Source: an uncultured delta proteobacterium
GTDB lineage: Bacteria > Myxococcota > Myxococcia > Myxococcales > Myxococcaceae
Assembly (NCBI GenBank): GCA_963713045.1
Contig: CAVQKE010000005.1
Coordinates: forward strand, 268,012-332,011
Length of the DNA stretch: 64,000 nucleotides
Direction: 5' to 3'
Shown: one piece after another, positions 54,419-64,000 of the stretch
Layout of the letters: every line of letters begins with the position of its first letter
Numbering within the stretch: the first letter of the stretch is position 1
Notes under the pieces: generated by a model
The model's input: only the letters and a program-made list of their open reading frames with translations
Database searches by the model: none
What the model was told of the DNA's origin: nothing
Translations under genes and position numbers: made by a program

Positions 54419-54853
54419 ATGCTTCTATGGCTGACAATTCTGTATGGTAGCGCCCTCCTCCGAACTTTGTATTTTCGACCGGTTCAAGGGGACGTAGCCG
54501 CCGAGGAATACCGAGCCACTGCTTTGCTACTGCGCAGTGGCCTGGCACTTTCATATTTCTTAGCTAAAATATTTATGCTCTTTGGGACCCTGAGCGGCGT
54601 GGTTGGGGCTATACTGCTAGTTCTTCGTAAGAATGCGGGGTTCTTGCTATTGGTCGTTGCCTTTCCACTCCTCTGCCTTGCCGCGCGATACAACACACCA
54701 GAACAGGGGTATCCGGATCTTCAAGACGTCGATGCGTCGCTGCTCTGGTATTGCAGCTGTGCTTGGTGGGGAGCGGTGATTATCTATGCTCGGCTTCAGC
54801 GGCGCGTCTTATTTTGCGGATCGGACGGGGCAGAGCAGGGATACGCAAGGTGA
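54419..54853 (+). CDS. small membrane protein in an AT-richer islet
   Basis: 144 aa with about 4 hydrophobic segments. Codon usage is clearly AT-richer than the window average. Confidence 0.5.
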   Translation: MLLWLTILYGSALLRTLYFRPVQGDVAAEEYRATALLLRSGLALSYFLAKIFMLFGTLSGVVGAILLVLRKNAGFLLLVVAFPLLCLAARYNTPEQGYPDLQDVDASLLWYCSCAWWGAVIIYARLQRRVLFCGSDGAEQGYAR

Positions 54854-54922
54854 GGCTCATAGCGTGACAGGCCACCGCCACGTCCCGAAGTCCAGTCGGT
54901 GGTGAGGCGTCCTTCCGTGGCC

Positions 54923-56284
54923 TCACCGGGTGTGGGAAGCAAGCAGAGGCAGGAGCTTGTCGCTGGTCCACTCCTCTGGGATGCCGGCTCGGGCGCCCTG
55001 AAGCGCCGTCACCCATGCCTTCCCCAGCACCGGCTCGACGGCGCCGCGAGCATAGACGGTGAGGCCGGGCTCGCTCGCCCCTCCTTCCTGGATGACCCCG
55101 TAGAGAAAGTGGCACCCGACCACCTCGCCAGCGAGCGGACTTTCCGTGTGGCGGACGCGCGCACCGTCGGGGCACCACACGTCGGGGGTGAAGCCAGTGG
55201 CGGCCAAGTCCTTGCTGTAGCGGTTCCACTCGGCGAAGTAGGCGCGCTCTGCAGTCAGCAGCCCGCGCATTCCAACCCGCGCCTCCTCCACAAGAGAATT
55301 CGCGGTGGGTGCACGTGCCTGGACGACGGCGACGAGGTTGCGCTGAACCACATATCCGGCAACCAGTGCCGCCAGGCCGGCAACAATCGCCGCCACCGCC
55401 AGGATTTGCCTCCGTCGTGGTCGCCAGTGGGGAGCGCGGAGCCAGCGCAGGGCCGCTTCGGCCGTCGAGAAGCGGTCGGCTCTCTTGGGGGCCGTCAGCC
55501 GAGCCAAGAATTCGTTCTGCTTGGGAGAGAGGGAAGCCACCCTCCCAAACGCCAAGTGCATGCCGTCGAGGAGAAACGCGGACGGCGCCCTCCCGGTGGA
55601 GGCGTGCAGCAGTGAAGCTCCCAGCGCGTGGAGGTCGCTCGACTCGTCAATGGTCCCGCCCAGCTGCTCGGGAGGCATGTAGCCAACGGTGCCCACCATG
55701 GTGGAGCCGAAAGTCACGGCCTGCTCGAGTTGCCGGGCCGAGCCGAAATCCACCAGCACCAGCTCGCCGTTGCTGCGAAAGACAAGGTTCTCCGGTTTGA
55801 TGTCCCGGTGAATGAGTCTTGGGCTGCGCGAGTGCAAAGCGATAAGCGTCTCCAACACCTGGGTGGCGACGTCATCGAAGGCCGCGCCAAGCAGTGGCTC
55901 GCGAGCGAGCCGCGCCAAGAGGGACTCTCCTTCGATGAATTCCTGCACCAGGTAAAGGCGGGTGTCGATGCCCTCGCCGACACTGAAGGCCGCGATGAAG
56001 CGGGGCGTGCGCCGCATGTGAAGGGCCTGCAGAACGGCCGCCTCACGGTAGAAGGCATCGAGTTGCTGAACGCTGGGCACCACCGAATAGAGCAACTCTT
56101 TAAGGGCCACCCGCGTCCCATCCGCTGACCGCCCGGCGTAAACCCGCGAATGCGGGTGCTGCGCCAGTGTCCTCTCCACCCGGTAGTCCTTCACCCGCTG
56201 TGCACAGCCGCAGGACGCACAGCGGCACAGGGGCAGCAGCAGCCCACCACATTGCGCACAGCTTGCTTGAACGGCGCTGTCCAT
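54923..56284 (-). CDS. Ser/Thr protein kinase with an N-terminal Cys-rich zinc-ribbon-like motif, one TM and a pilin-like C-terminal ectodomain
   Basis: CAQCGG...CRCASCGC at the N-terminus. VALKEL, HRDIKPENLVF, VDFGSAR and YMPPEQ are kinase motifs. TM segment ILAVAAIVAGLAALVAGYVV, then QARAPTANSLVEEARVGMRGLLTAERAYFAEWNRYSKDLAATGFTP. Confidence 0.88.
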   Translation of the reverse strand: MDSAVQASCAQCGGLLLPLCRCASCGCAQRVKDYRVERTLAQHPHSRVYAGRSADGTRVALKELLYSVVPSVQQLDAFYREAAVLQALHMRRTPRFIAAFSVGEGIDTRLYLVQEFIEGESLLARLAREPLLGAAFDDVATQVLETLIALHSRSPRLIHRDIKPENLVFRSNGELVLVDFGSARQLEQAVTFGSTMVGTVGYMPPEQLGGTIDESSDLHALGASLLHASTGRAPSAFLLDGMHLAFGRVASLSPKQNEFLARLTAPKRADRFSTAEAALRWLRAPHWRPRRRQILAVAAIVAGLAALVAGYVVQRNLVAVVQARAPTANSLVEEARVGMRGLLTAERAYFAEWNRYSKDLAATGFTPDVWCPDGARVRHTESPLAGEVVGCHFLYGVIQEGGASEPGLTVYARGAVEPVLGKAWVTALQGARAGIPEEWTSDKLLPLLASHTR

Positions 56285-56387
56285 CGCCCCCGAAGCAGTT
56301 TAGCGCACGGGCGCCGAGATTCAGGACATCCACAGGTAAGGAGAGGTGGCCGAGCGGCCCCGGCTTCTGCTACGAGATTGCGCCGCC

Positions 56388-57692
<1,305 letters not shown>

Positions 57693-57720
57693 GGCCGGTC
57701 GCTTCGCCCTTGACGAGGTT

Positions 57721-58281
57721 TCAGGGCTTCATGTTTTTCGGCAGCTGGTCGAGAAGGTCCGCCAAGTCATCGGCGTGGTCCTCCTCGTCCTTCTGAATCT
57801 CCTCCACCATCCGGCGGCTGGTGGTGTCGAAGGCGGCGAAGTAGGCGGCGATTTCCCGGTAGCTGTCGATGGCGATGCGCTCGGCCACCAAGTCCTCCTG
57901 AAGCATCTGCGCCACCGTCTCCCCTTCCCGGTATTCGGAATGGCTGCGCGAGGCGAGCCCGTCCGGCGAGAAGTTGGGCGCGCCGCCCAGCTGCACGATG
58001 CGTTCCGCAATGCGGTCCGCGTGCCGCTCCTCGTCCTTTGCGTGCTCGAGAAATTCTGCCTTCACCGGCCCGGCGTGGATGCCCTTGGCCATGAAGTAGT
58101 GCCGCTTGTAGCGGAGGATGCAGACAATTTCCGTCGCCAAAGCGTCGTTGAGGACCTTGCAGGCGGTGACCGGGTCTCCGGCGTAACCTTCGGTCACGGC
58201 CCCTTCAGCAATGTGCTGCCGCGCCCGTTTGCGCAGCGTCTGGACGTCGGTGAGAAACGGCTTGTCAAGCTTGCTGGCCAT
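57721..58281 (-). CDS. ferritin-like (bacterioferritin/Dps superfamily) protein
   Basis: 186 aa. Di-iron ligand-type pairs EFLEHAKDEERHADRI and EEIQKDEEDHADDL. Confidence 0.7.
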   Translation of the reverse strand: MASKLDKPFLTDVQTLRKRARQHIAEGAVTEGYAGDPVTACKVLNDALATEIVCILRYKRHYFMAKGIHAGPVKAEFLEHAKDEERHADRIAERIVQLGGAPNFSPDGLASRSHSEYREGETVAQMLQEDLVAERIAIDSYREIAAYFAAFDTTSRRMVEEIQKDEEDHADDLADLLDQLPKNMKP

Positions 58282-58323
58282 GGCGGTGGGGTGCCTTTCC
58301 TTGGGACTTCAGGGTGAGGGGGC

Positions 58324-58698
58324 CTACGACGCGTTGCGCGACGTCGACTCGCCCAACACAAGGTAGAGCAGCGCCCGCGTCACGCCAATCACCAGGGCCC
58401 CCCAGAAGGCCGGGCCGAAGCCCGCCACCTGGAAGTGAAAGCCCAACGACTGGGACAGCTGCGCGGTCAGCCACAGCAGAAACGCATTCACCACCAGGGC
58501 AAACAGTCCCAAGGTGAGGATGGTGAGCGGCAGGGTGAAAAGCTTCACCAGGGTGCCGATGAAGGCGTTGACCACGCCGAAGACGAGGGCCACCCCCAAC
58601 AGGGCCACCGGGGTACCACTGTAGTGGATGCCCGGCACCACCTGGGTGGCCACCCACAGCGCCACGGCGGTGATGAGTAACCGAAGTAGAAACACCAC
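58324..58698 (-). CDS. DUF360 / phage-holin-4_2 family small membrane protein
   Basis: GTG at 58698 preferred. VVFLLRLLITAVALWVATQVVPGIHY...FTLPLTILTLGLFALVVNAFLLWL is typical of the family. Four TM segments. Confidence 0.65.
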   Translation of the reverse strand: MVFLLRLLITAVALWVATQVVPGIHYSGTPVALLGVALVFGVVNAFIGTLVKLFTLPLTILTLGLFALVVNAFLLWLTAQLSQSLGFHFQVAGFGPAFWGALVIGVTRALLYLVLGESTSRNAS

Positions 58699-58814
58699 GC
58701 GCCGCGCACCTCGCGAAAAAAAGGGAGCCGACAAGGGTCCCCTGGCGGCGCGTTCTCGCACAGCCCGGGGGTGGCGTGCACCTGCCTTTTCACCGCCCCC
58801 ACGGCTGGGGCGAC

Positions 58815-60563
58815 TTAGGCGGTGGTGGGGTCCAGCCGTTCAAGGCCCTTGCCCAGCCAACCGAGGGCCACTTGAATTTCCACGCCCAGCACCGCCGCCG
58901 CCGTGGCGCAGCCGACAGTTGAGGCAGCAGCCCCCAGGCCCGCCCAGCGCGCCGCGATGCCGATGGTGATGCCAACCACCCCGGCCGGCACGAAGCCGAC
59001 GAGAAACAGCAGCAGTGAGGCCCCCAGGTTGAGGAGCCGTCCCCCGGTGGCCTCCACCCCCCGCGGCGCTCGCTCCTCGTCATCCACCAACAGACTGGGG
59101 AAGGTGACGGCGGCGGCATTTTGGACGACGAGGAGGGCTGTGGTGGCCACCGGCAACAGCAGCGCCAGGCCTGCCGCCCACGCCGCGCGCGACGCCAGTG
59201 GGAACCCCCGCACGGGGCTGGCCGCCGACAGCAGCAGCGCCAAGAGGAGGAGGGCTACTTCGGTGACGCCCAGCAGCAGCGCCGGCGCCAGCAGCTCACC
59301 CCGCACCACCTGCAGCCCACTCAGCGGAAGCGTCCGCAGGACGTCCAGCCGGCGGAGGTCCGCCCGCAAGTCCGTCCGCGTGGTGAGGGGGCCGAAGAAG
59401 AAGGTGAAGCCGGCGAAGAGGAGGGCCAACACGGCCGCCAACAGTCGCCAGTCCCCGGCGTGCCTGCGTTGCAGCATGGCCCACACGCTGAGACTGCTGC
59501 CCAGCCCCAAGGCCACCACCAGCACGCCCAAGGAAGCGCCGTACATGCGGCGCAGCGCCGCCCAATTCTTCCAGGCAAGCGCCACTTCCGGCCGCCCGGT
59601 GGGGCGGAGCGGCGGAAGGGACGTCACCCGTGGCAGCGAGAGGCCGCGACGCTGTCGGCGGGCTTGCAGGCGTGCGCGGCGCTCGGCCGAGGCCAGCGCT
59701 GCCTCCTCCACCGGTACGTCCAACAGCAGCACCGCAACCAACACCGCCGCCGCCAACAGGGCCAGCACCCCCAAGGAGGGCAGCGCGTCCTTGAAAGTGG
59801 GCGCCGAGACGCTGTGGAAAAAGGCCCAGGCGGGCACCAGGGCCCAAGACACCGCTGGCGCCTCGGCCAGCCTCCCCAGCCAGGCCGTGGCCTCAGCGAG
59901 GAAGGCCGAGAAGTCGAGCCCCAGCTTCGGCGGCAGCCCGGCGGTGCGCAGCCCAAGCCCGACGATGAGGGCGAAGGCACAGGCCAGCGTTGCGCCGACG
60001 AGGGCGCGTCGCTGGGGAGAGGTCCCCGCCTGATGCCAGCCGACGCGCACCAGCGAAGCGAAGGCCGAGTGCAGCCACACCAAAGCAAAGCCCAGCGACG
60101 TCGCCAGCACCAAGGGAAGCGGCGCGGCGGCCAACCCGCGGCGGAAGAGAAGCGTCACCAGCACCGCACTCAACAGCGTCCGCAAAAGCCCCACCGCCAC
60201 CTTGTAGCGCACCACCTGGCGCCGGCTGACGGGGCCGCTCAGCAGCCACGTCACCTCCGCCTCATTAAAAGAAAACGACAGCCTGTCCTGCCCCAGCGTC
60301 CAGCTGGAAAAAACGGCCGCCGCCCCCAGCACCGTCATCCCCAGTTCGAGCAGCAACTGCACCGCGGCGCTGGCCTGCGCCGGCAGGAGCCCACCGCCCC
60401 CGTGGCTGCGGAAGGCCCCGCGCACCAAAAAACTCCACAGGTACAAGAGAAGGGCAGCGGCGCCGACCAGGTAGCGCGGCTCGCGTAGCTTGCGCAGCGC
60501 CTGGCGCACCCGGTTTCGGGCCGAGGCCGCCACCAGGTAAGCGCCGGCGCGAGGAAGGCTCAC
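58815..60563 (-). CDS. polytopic ABC exporter permease ('putative ABC exporter' type)
   Basis: 582 aa with about 12 hydrophobic segments. The GTG start overlaps the ATPase stop (GTGA). Confidence 0.65.
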   Translation of the reverse strand: MSLPRAGAYLVAASARNRVRQALRKLREPRYLVGAAALLLYLWSFLVRGAFRSHGGGGLLPAQASAAVQLLLELGMTVLGAAAVFSSWTLGQDRLSFSFNEAEVTWLLSGPVSRRQVVRYKVAVGLLRTLLSAVLVTLLFRRGLAAAPLPLVLATSLGFALVWLHSAFASLVRVGWHQAGTSPQRRALVGATLACAFALIVGLGLRTAGLPPKLGLDFSAFLAEATAWLGRLAEAPAVSWALVPAWAFFHSVSAPTFKDALPSLGVLALLAAAVLVAVLLLDVPVEEAALASAERRARLQARRQRRGLSLPRVTSLPPLRPTGRPEVALAWKNWAALRRMYGASLGVLVVALGLGSSLSVWAMLQRRHAGDWRLLAAVLALLFAGFTFFFGPLTTRTDLRADLRRLDVLRTLPLSGLQVVRGELLAPALLLGVTEVALLLLALLLSAASPVRGFPLASRAAWAAGLALLLPVATTALLVVQNAAAVTFPSLLVDDEERAPRGVEATGGRLLNLGASLLLFLVGFVPAGVVGITIGIAARWAGLGAAASTVGCATAAAVLGVEIQVALGWLGKGLERLDPTTA

Positions 60564-61303
60564 CGGGCGCCTTCCCCGCCGGCGCCGGTGACGGCCAGAA
60601 ACAAGTCCTCCAGCGAGCCGGAAGCGTCCCCCGCCTGGGCACGAATTTCGGCCACCGTCCCCAGCGCCACCGCACGTCCGTGGGCGAGAATGAGGACGCG
60701 GCTACACAGCTCTTCCACCAGCGGCAAGAGGTGAGAGGAAAGCACCAGCGCGGCGCCCGACTCCGCGCGCCGGCGCAGTGCCTCTTTCATCCGGCGAATG
60801 CCCAAGGGGTCCAGTCCCGTCAGCGGCTCGTCCAGCAGCACCAGGGCTGGCCGGTGAAGAAAGCCGCAGGCAATGGACAGCTTCTGCTTCATTCCTCGGG
60901 ACAACTCCCCCGGGAGGGCGGATTCTTTGCCGTCGAGTTCAAAGCTTTCCAAGAGGACCCGTCCCTCGGTCTCCCAGTCCGCCACCTGGTAAAGGCGCGC
61001 CGTGAAGTTGAGGTGTTCCCAGACGGTGAGGTATTCAAAGAGGCGGGGCTCATCCGGCAGGTAGGCCAGGGCCCGCTTGGCGGCCACTGCATCCTTCTGC
61101 ACGTCATGTCCGCCGATGCGCACCACGCCCGCGGTGGGAGGAAGAATGCCGGCCACGCAGCGCAAGGTGGTGGTTTTCCCGGCGCCGTTGGGGCCCACCA
61201 GCCCCAGCACTTCGCCCGCGGCCACGCGAAAATCCAACCCCTGCACGGCGCGGAAGTCGCCGTAGCTGCGGCTCAGCCCCTCCACCTCAAGCGCCCACGT
61301 CAT
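60560..61303 (-). CDS. ABC transporter ATP-binding protein (ABC-2/DrrA-like)
   Basis: Walker A GPNGAGKTT, signature LSRGMKQKL, Walker B LVLLDEP. The ATG overlaps the cheY stop (ATGA). Confidence 0.9.
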   Translation of the reverse strand: MTWALEVEGLSRSYGDFRAVQGLDFRVAAGEVLGLVGPNGAGKTTTLRCVAGILPPTAGVVRIGGHDVQKDAVAAKRALAYLPDEPRLFEYLTVWEHLNFTARLYQVADWETEGRVLLESFELDGKESALPGELSRGMKQKLSIACGFLHRPALVLLDEPLTGLDPLGIRRMKEALRRRAESGAALVLSSHLLPLVEELCSRVLILAHGRAVALGTVAEIRAQAGDASGSLEDLFLAVTGAGGEGAR

Positions 61304-61683
61304 GGCAGCCCGAGCAGGCCCCTCAGCGCGGAGGACACCCGCCCGGCGTGAATCGGCTTGAGGAGGCAGGCGTTGGCCCCCAGCGCCATGGCCCGCGAGC
61401 GGTCTGTCTCGCCAGCCTCGGTGGTGACGACCAGGATGGGGACGTCCGGACGCCGCTCGCCGGCGCGAATGTGGTGGATAAGCTTCAGCCCGTCCACCAG
61501 CGGCATATTCAAGTCGGTGACGACGACGTCGTATTCCGCCTCGGAGAAGCGCTTCAGCCCTTCGGCGCCATCCTCCGCCTCGTCACAGGCCGCGGCGCCC
61601 AGCGTTTGAAGCACGGCCACCAGCCGCCGGCGCATGGCCAGCGAGTCGTCCACCACCAGCGCGCGGAAGCCGACTGTCACCAA
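61300..61683 (-). CDS. cheY: CheY-like single-domain response regulator
   Basis: VVDDS acidic pair, phospho-acceptor context VVVTDLNMP, LVVTTE, LLKP lysine. Confidence 0.85.
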   Translation of the reverse strand: MVTVGFRALVVDDSLAMRRRLVAVLQTLGAAACDEAEDGAEGLKRFSEAEYDVVVTDLNMPLVDGLKLIHHIRAGERRPDVPILVVTTEAGETDRSRAMALGANACLLKPIHAGRVSSALRGLLGLP

Positions 61684-61696
61684 CGAAAGGCCGACT

Positions 61697-62182
61697 CTAG
61701 CCCTGTTGGGGCGCCAGGAGCGACTTCCGGTGCAGCAGCCAGAGGACGTCCAGAAGAAGGCAGGTGCCCGCTGGCTCCGTCCACACCGCCGTCACCCCGG
61801 GCGGCACCGCTTCGGCCGCGGCCGGCAGGCGCAGGTTGGCGACGGCCACCTGGGCCACCGCCCCCACTCCGTCGATGCAGAAGGCCACCCGACGCCGGCC
61901 CAGCCAGCACACCAACAGTCCCGGGCGGCCCCCCTTCACGGCGGGGCCCTCCGCCAGGCAGGCGCGCAAGTCCACCACTGGAAGGCGCTGGCCGCGAAAG
62001 GTGACGACGCCGCACACCGGCCCCACCCCATCGCCGGGGGATTCGGCTTTCTCCATCTCCGGCAGCACTTCGTCCACGCGGGCCAAGTCCACGGCGTAGC
62101 GCCCCCTGCCCACGGAGAAGGTAAACAGTTCGAGAAAGTCGCCTTGCGACGGCGTCGGCTCAGGATTCACCACAGCGCCCAC
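61697..62182 (-). CDS. cheW: CheW-like coupling protein
   Basis: LFTFSVGRGRYAVDLARVDEVL...VVTFRGQRLPVVDL is the CheW fold signature. Confidence 0.8.
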   Translation of the reverse strand: MGAVVNPEPTPSQGDFLELFTFSVGRGRYAVDLARVDEVLPEMEKAESPGDGVGPVCGVVTFRGQRLPVVDLRACLAEGPAVKGGRPGLLVCWLGRRRVAFCIDGVGAVAQVAVANLRLPAAAEAVPPGVTAVWTEPAGTCLLLDVLWLLHRKSLLAPQQG

Positions 62183-62745
62183 TCCAGCTCCAACATCAGC
62201 AGTGGCTGCGTCCCCACCGCAGCGCGGCCCGCCACGGGGCCAGCGCCCGGCACGGCCTCAATGCTGCTGGGCGCCAGCCGCACCACGTCCCGCACGCAGT
62301 CCACCCACAGGCCGGCCGGGCCGGCCGGGGTGCGGGCGACGAGAATGCGCGCTGCGCGGGGCACCACCTCGCACTCCCCCTCCGGTCCCGCCACCTTGTG
62401 CAATTCGGTGCGGATGCCAAGGTCGAAGCCCAAGTCGTAGACCGGCGTCACGGTGCCCCGGAGGTCCAGCACGCCCAGCAGCGGCGCGGTGGCGCGGGGA
62501 ATTTCCACCAACCGGCGCGCCCGAAGAATTTCCTGCACCGCCCCCAGTGGCACCGCGTACGTCGCCCCACTCAACTCGAAGGACAGGTACTCCCCCAAGG
62601 CCTCCTCGGCCGGCGCTGGTGTCACCGGCCCAGCTTCGGCGGGGGGAAGCAGCAGCGAGGAGACGTCCTCGTCGGCGTGGTAGCGAAAGGCCGCCAGGCG
62701 CTCGGCCAACGTCGTACGCCGTGGGGCGCGGGGCAGCTGACTCAT
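62167..62745 (-). CDS. cheW: CheW-like coupling protein (second copy, longer N-terminus)
   Basis: YLSFELSGATYAVPLGAVQEIL...VLDLRGTVTPVYDLG. The ATG overlaps the cheA stop. Confidence 0.8.
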   Translation of the reverse strand: MSQLPRAPRRTTLAERLAAFRYHADEDVSSLLLPPAEAGPVTPAPAEEALGEYLSFELSGATYAVPLGAVQEILRARRLVEIPRATAPLLGVLDLRGTVTPVYDLGFDLGIRTELHKVAGPEGECEVVPRAARILVARTPAGPAGLWVDCVRDVVRLAPSSIEAVPGAGPVAGRAAVGTQPLLMLELEWALW

Positions 62746-64000
62746 TCCGGTAGGGCTGAGCGCTCGACGCCCGGGGCCGCGCCCAACGCCTCGCCAATGA
62801 GGGCTGCCACGTCCAACACCAGCACCGTCCGCCGGTTGCCGAGGTCCGCCACCCCGGCGATGCCCTCCACCCGGGACAGGCGCTCGCCCAATGGCTTGGT
62901 CACCATGTCCGCTTGGCCGAGAAGCTCGTCCACGGCCAGGCCCAGGCGCTCCTGGGCCAGGCCGAGCACCACCACATTCCTTTTGGGGAGGTCCACCTCC
63001 GGCAAGCGAAAGAGGCGGGCCAGCCGCACCAGCGGCAGGGAAGTGCCGCGCAGGGAAATGGACTCGCGTCCTCCGCGCGTCACCACCCCGTCCGGGCCCA
63101 GCGCGAGAATCTCCACCACGCCGTTGAGGGGAATGGCGTAGGTGCGCCCACTCACCCTCACCATCAGGCCGCGCACCATGGCCAGGGTCAGGGGCAGGGT
63201 GAGGCGGAAGCAGGTGCCGAGGCCAGCCACCGACTCGATGTCAATGACGCCAGACAGCCGGGCCAAGTTGGTGTGGACGACGTCCAGGCCCACGCCGCGG
63301 CCGGAGAGAGGGCCAACGCTGGGGGCGGTGGAGAACCCGGGGGCGAAGAGGAGGCGGTGCAAGGCGCGGGGGGAGATGGTGTCGGCTTGCTCCGGCGCAA
63401 GGAGGCCCCGCTGCACCGCCACCTGCCGCACCCGCGCGCTATTCACCCCCCGCCCATCGTCGCGAACTTCAATCACGACGTGGGCTCCGGCCGGCCGGGC
63501 GGTCAACGTGAGGCGGCCGAGCCGAGGCTTGGCCAGCTGCTCTCGCTCGGCCGGCGCTTCAATGCCGTGGTCAATGGCGTTGCGCAACAGGTGCATCAAC
63601 GGGTCGGAGAGTTCCTCCACAATCAGTTTGTCCAGCTCCACCTCCGCCCCGCGGGTCACCAACTCCAACTCCTTGCCAGCCTCGCGCGCCACCCGGCGGA
63701 CCAGCCGCTGCAGCCGCTCAAACACCTGGGCCAGCGGCACCATGCGCGACTGGAGAAGTCCGGACTGAAGCGCATCCAAGCGCCGCGCCATTTGCCGCTG
63801 GTCCTTCAGCAAGTCCGCGCCGAAGGCCCGCGGCAACTGAAGGACGCCCGGGGCCGACGCGCCGTCGGCCAGCCGCTGCAGGTTGGCGGCAATCAGCCGC
63901 AGCTCGCCCACCGCATTCATCATCTCGTCCAGCCGCTCAATGTCCACCCGCACTGTCCGGCGGGAAGGGGGCTGCGGCGCCTCGGCCTCGGCTGGCGCGA
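62742..64000 (-). CDS. cheA: chemotaxis histidine kinase CheA, 5' part outside the window
   Basis: The frame stays open upstream of the track start (..APQPPSRRTVRVDIERLDEMMN). HLLRNAIDHG (N box), RDDGRG (G1), SGRGVGLD (G2) and a C-terminal CheW-like domain (YAIPLNGVVEIL). Confidence 0.9.
   Translation of the reverse strand, partial: APAEAEAPQPPSRRTVRVDIERLDEMMNAVGELRLIAANLQRLADGASAPGVLQLPRAFGADLLKDQRQMARRLDALQSGLLQSRMVPLAQVFERLQRLVRRVAREAGKELELVTRGAEVELDKLIVEELSDPLMHLLRNAIDHGIEAPAEREQLAKPRLGRLTLTARPAGAHVVIEVRDDGRGVNSARVRQVAVQRGLLAPEQADTISPRALHRLLFAPGFSTAPSVGPLSGRGVGLDVVHTNLARLSGVIDIESVAGLGTCFRLTLPLTLAMVRGLMVRVSGRTYAIPLNGVVEILALGPDGVVTRGGRESISLRGTSLPLVRLARLFRLPEVDLPKRNVVVLGLAQERLGLAVDELLGQADMVTKPLGERLSRVEGIAGVADLGNRRTVLVLDVAALIGEALGAAPGVERSALPE

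Overview
High-GC (about 68-70% by eye) bacterial chromosome segment with features typical of Myxococcota: three eukaryotic-like Ser/Thr kinases, an FHA-domain sigma-54 activator, a Che-type chemosensory cluster and many lipoproteins. No tools were run. All calls come from reading the ORF track and the sequence, and family names come from remembered motifs. Layout: 1-12.5 kb is housekeeping (M16 peptidase pair, SulP, mazG, rpsT, lptE, leuS, fabF). 12.5-15.9 kb is an sdhCAB operon whose reading frames are broken by at least 23 single-base indels, while all flanking long genes are intact. 16.3-23.9 kb holds two convergent accessory operons: acyl-CoA-dehydrogenase-fold / cytoplasmic PhnD-like / radical SAM, facing DoxX / GT2 / DUF2064 / GT-C membrane protein. 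24-37 kb is mixed accessory DNA (hydrolase, beta-propeller repeat protein, MocR regulator, kinase, katG with a frameshifted Fur-family gene, IPT/TIG lipoprotein). 37-43 kb is an RND efflux operon coupled to a CXXCH Tll0287-like protein, plus a rhodanese-thioredoxin lipoprotein. 43-54 kb is a rearranged zone. It contains gene remnants and a duplicated cassette (activator 3' end + sigma-54 promoter + 5'UTR + signal peptide) fused to two unrelated secreted cargo proteins, centred on a divergent Ser/Thr kinase / FHA-bEBP pair. 54-58 kb holds an AT-richer islet, a kinase with a pilin-like ectodomain, asnS and a ferritin-like gene. 58.8-64 kb is cheA-cheW-cheW-cheY translationally coupled to an ABC exporter. 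I found no rRNA, tRNA, CRISPR array, transposase or integrase. The candidates I rank highest for something undescribed are the sigma-54 promoter/leader cassette regulon, the radical-SAM/glycosyltransferase locus, the pilin-ectodomain kinase and the Che-ABC coupling. The sdhCAB indel cluster may be an assembly artefact and should be resolved first.
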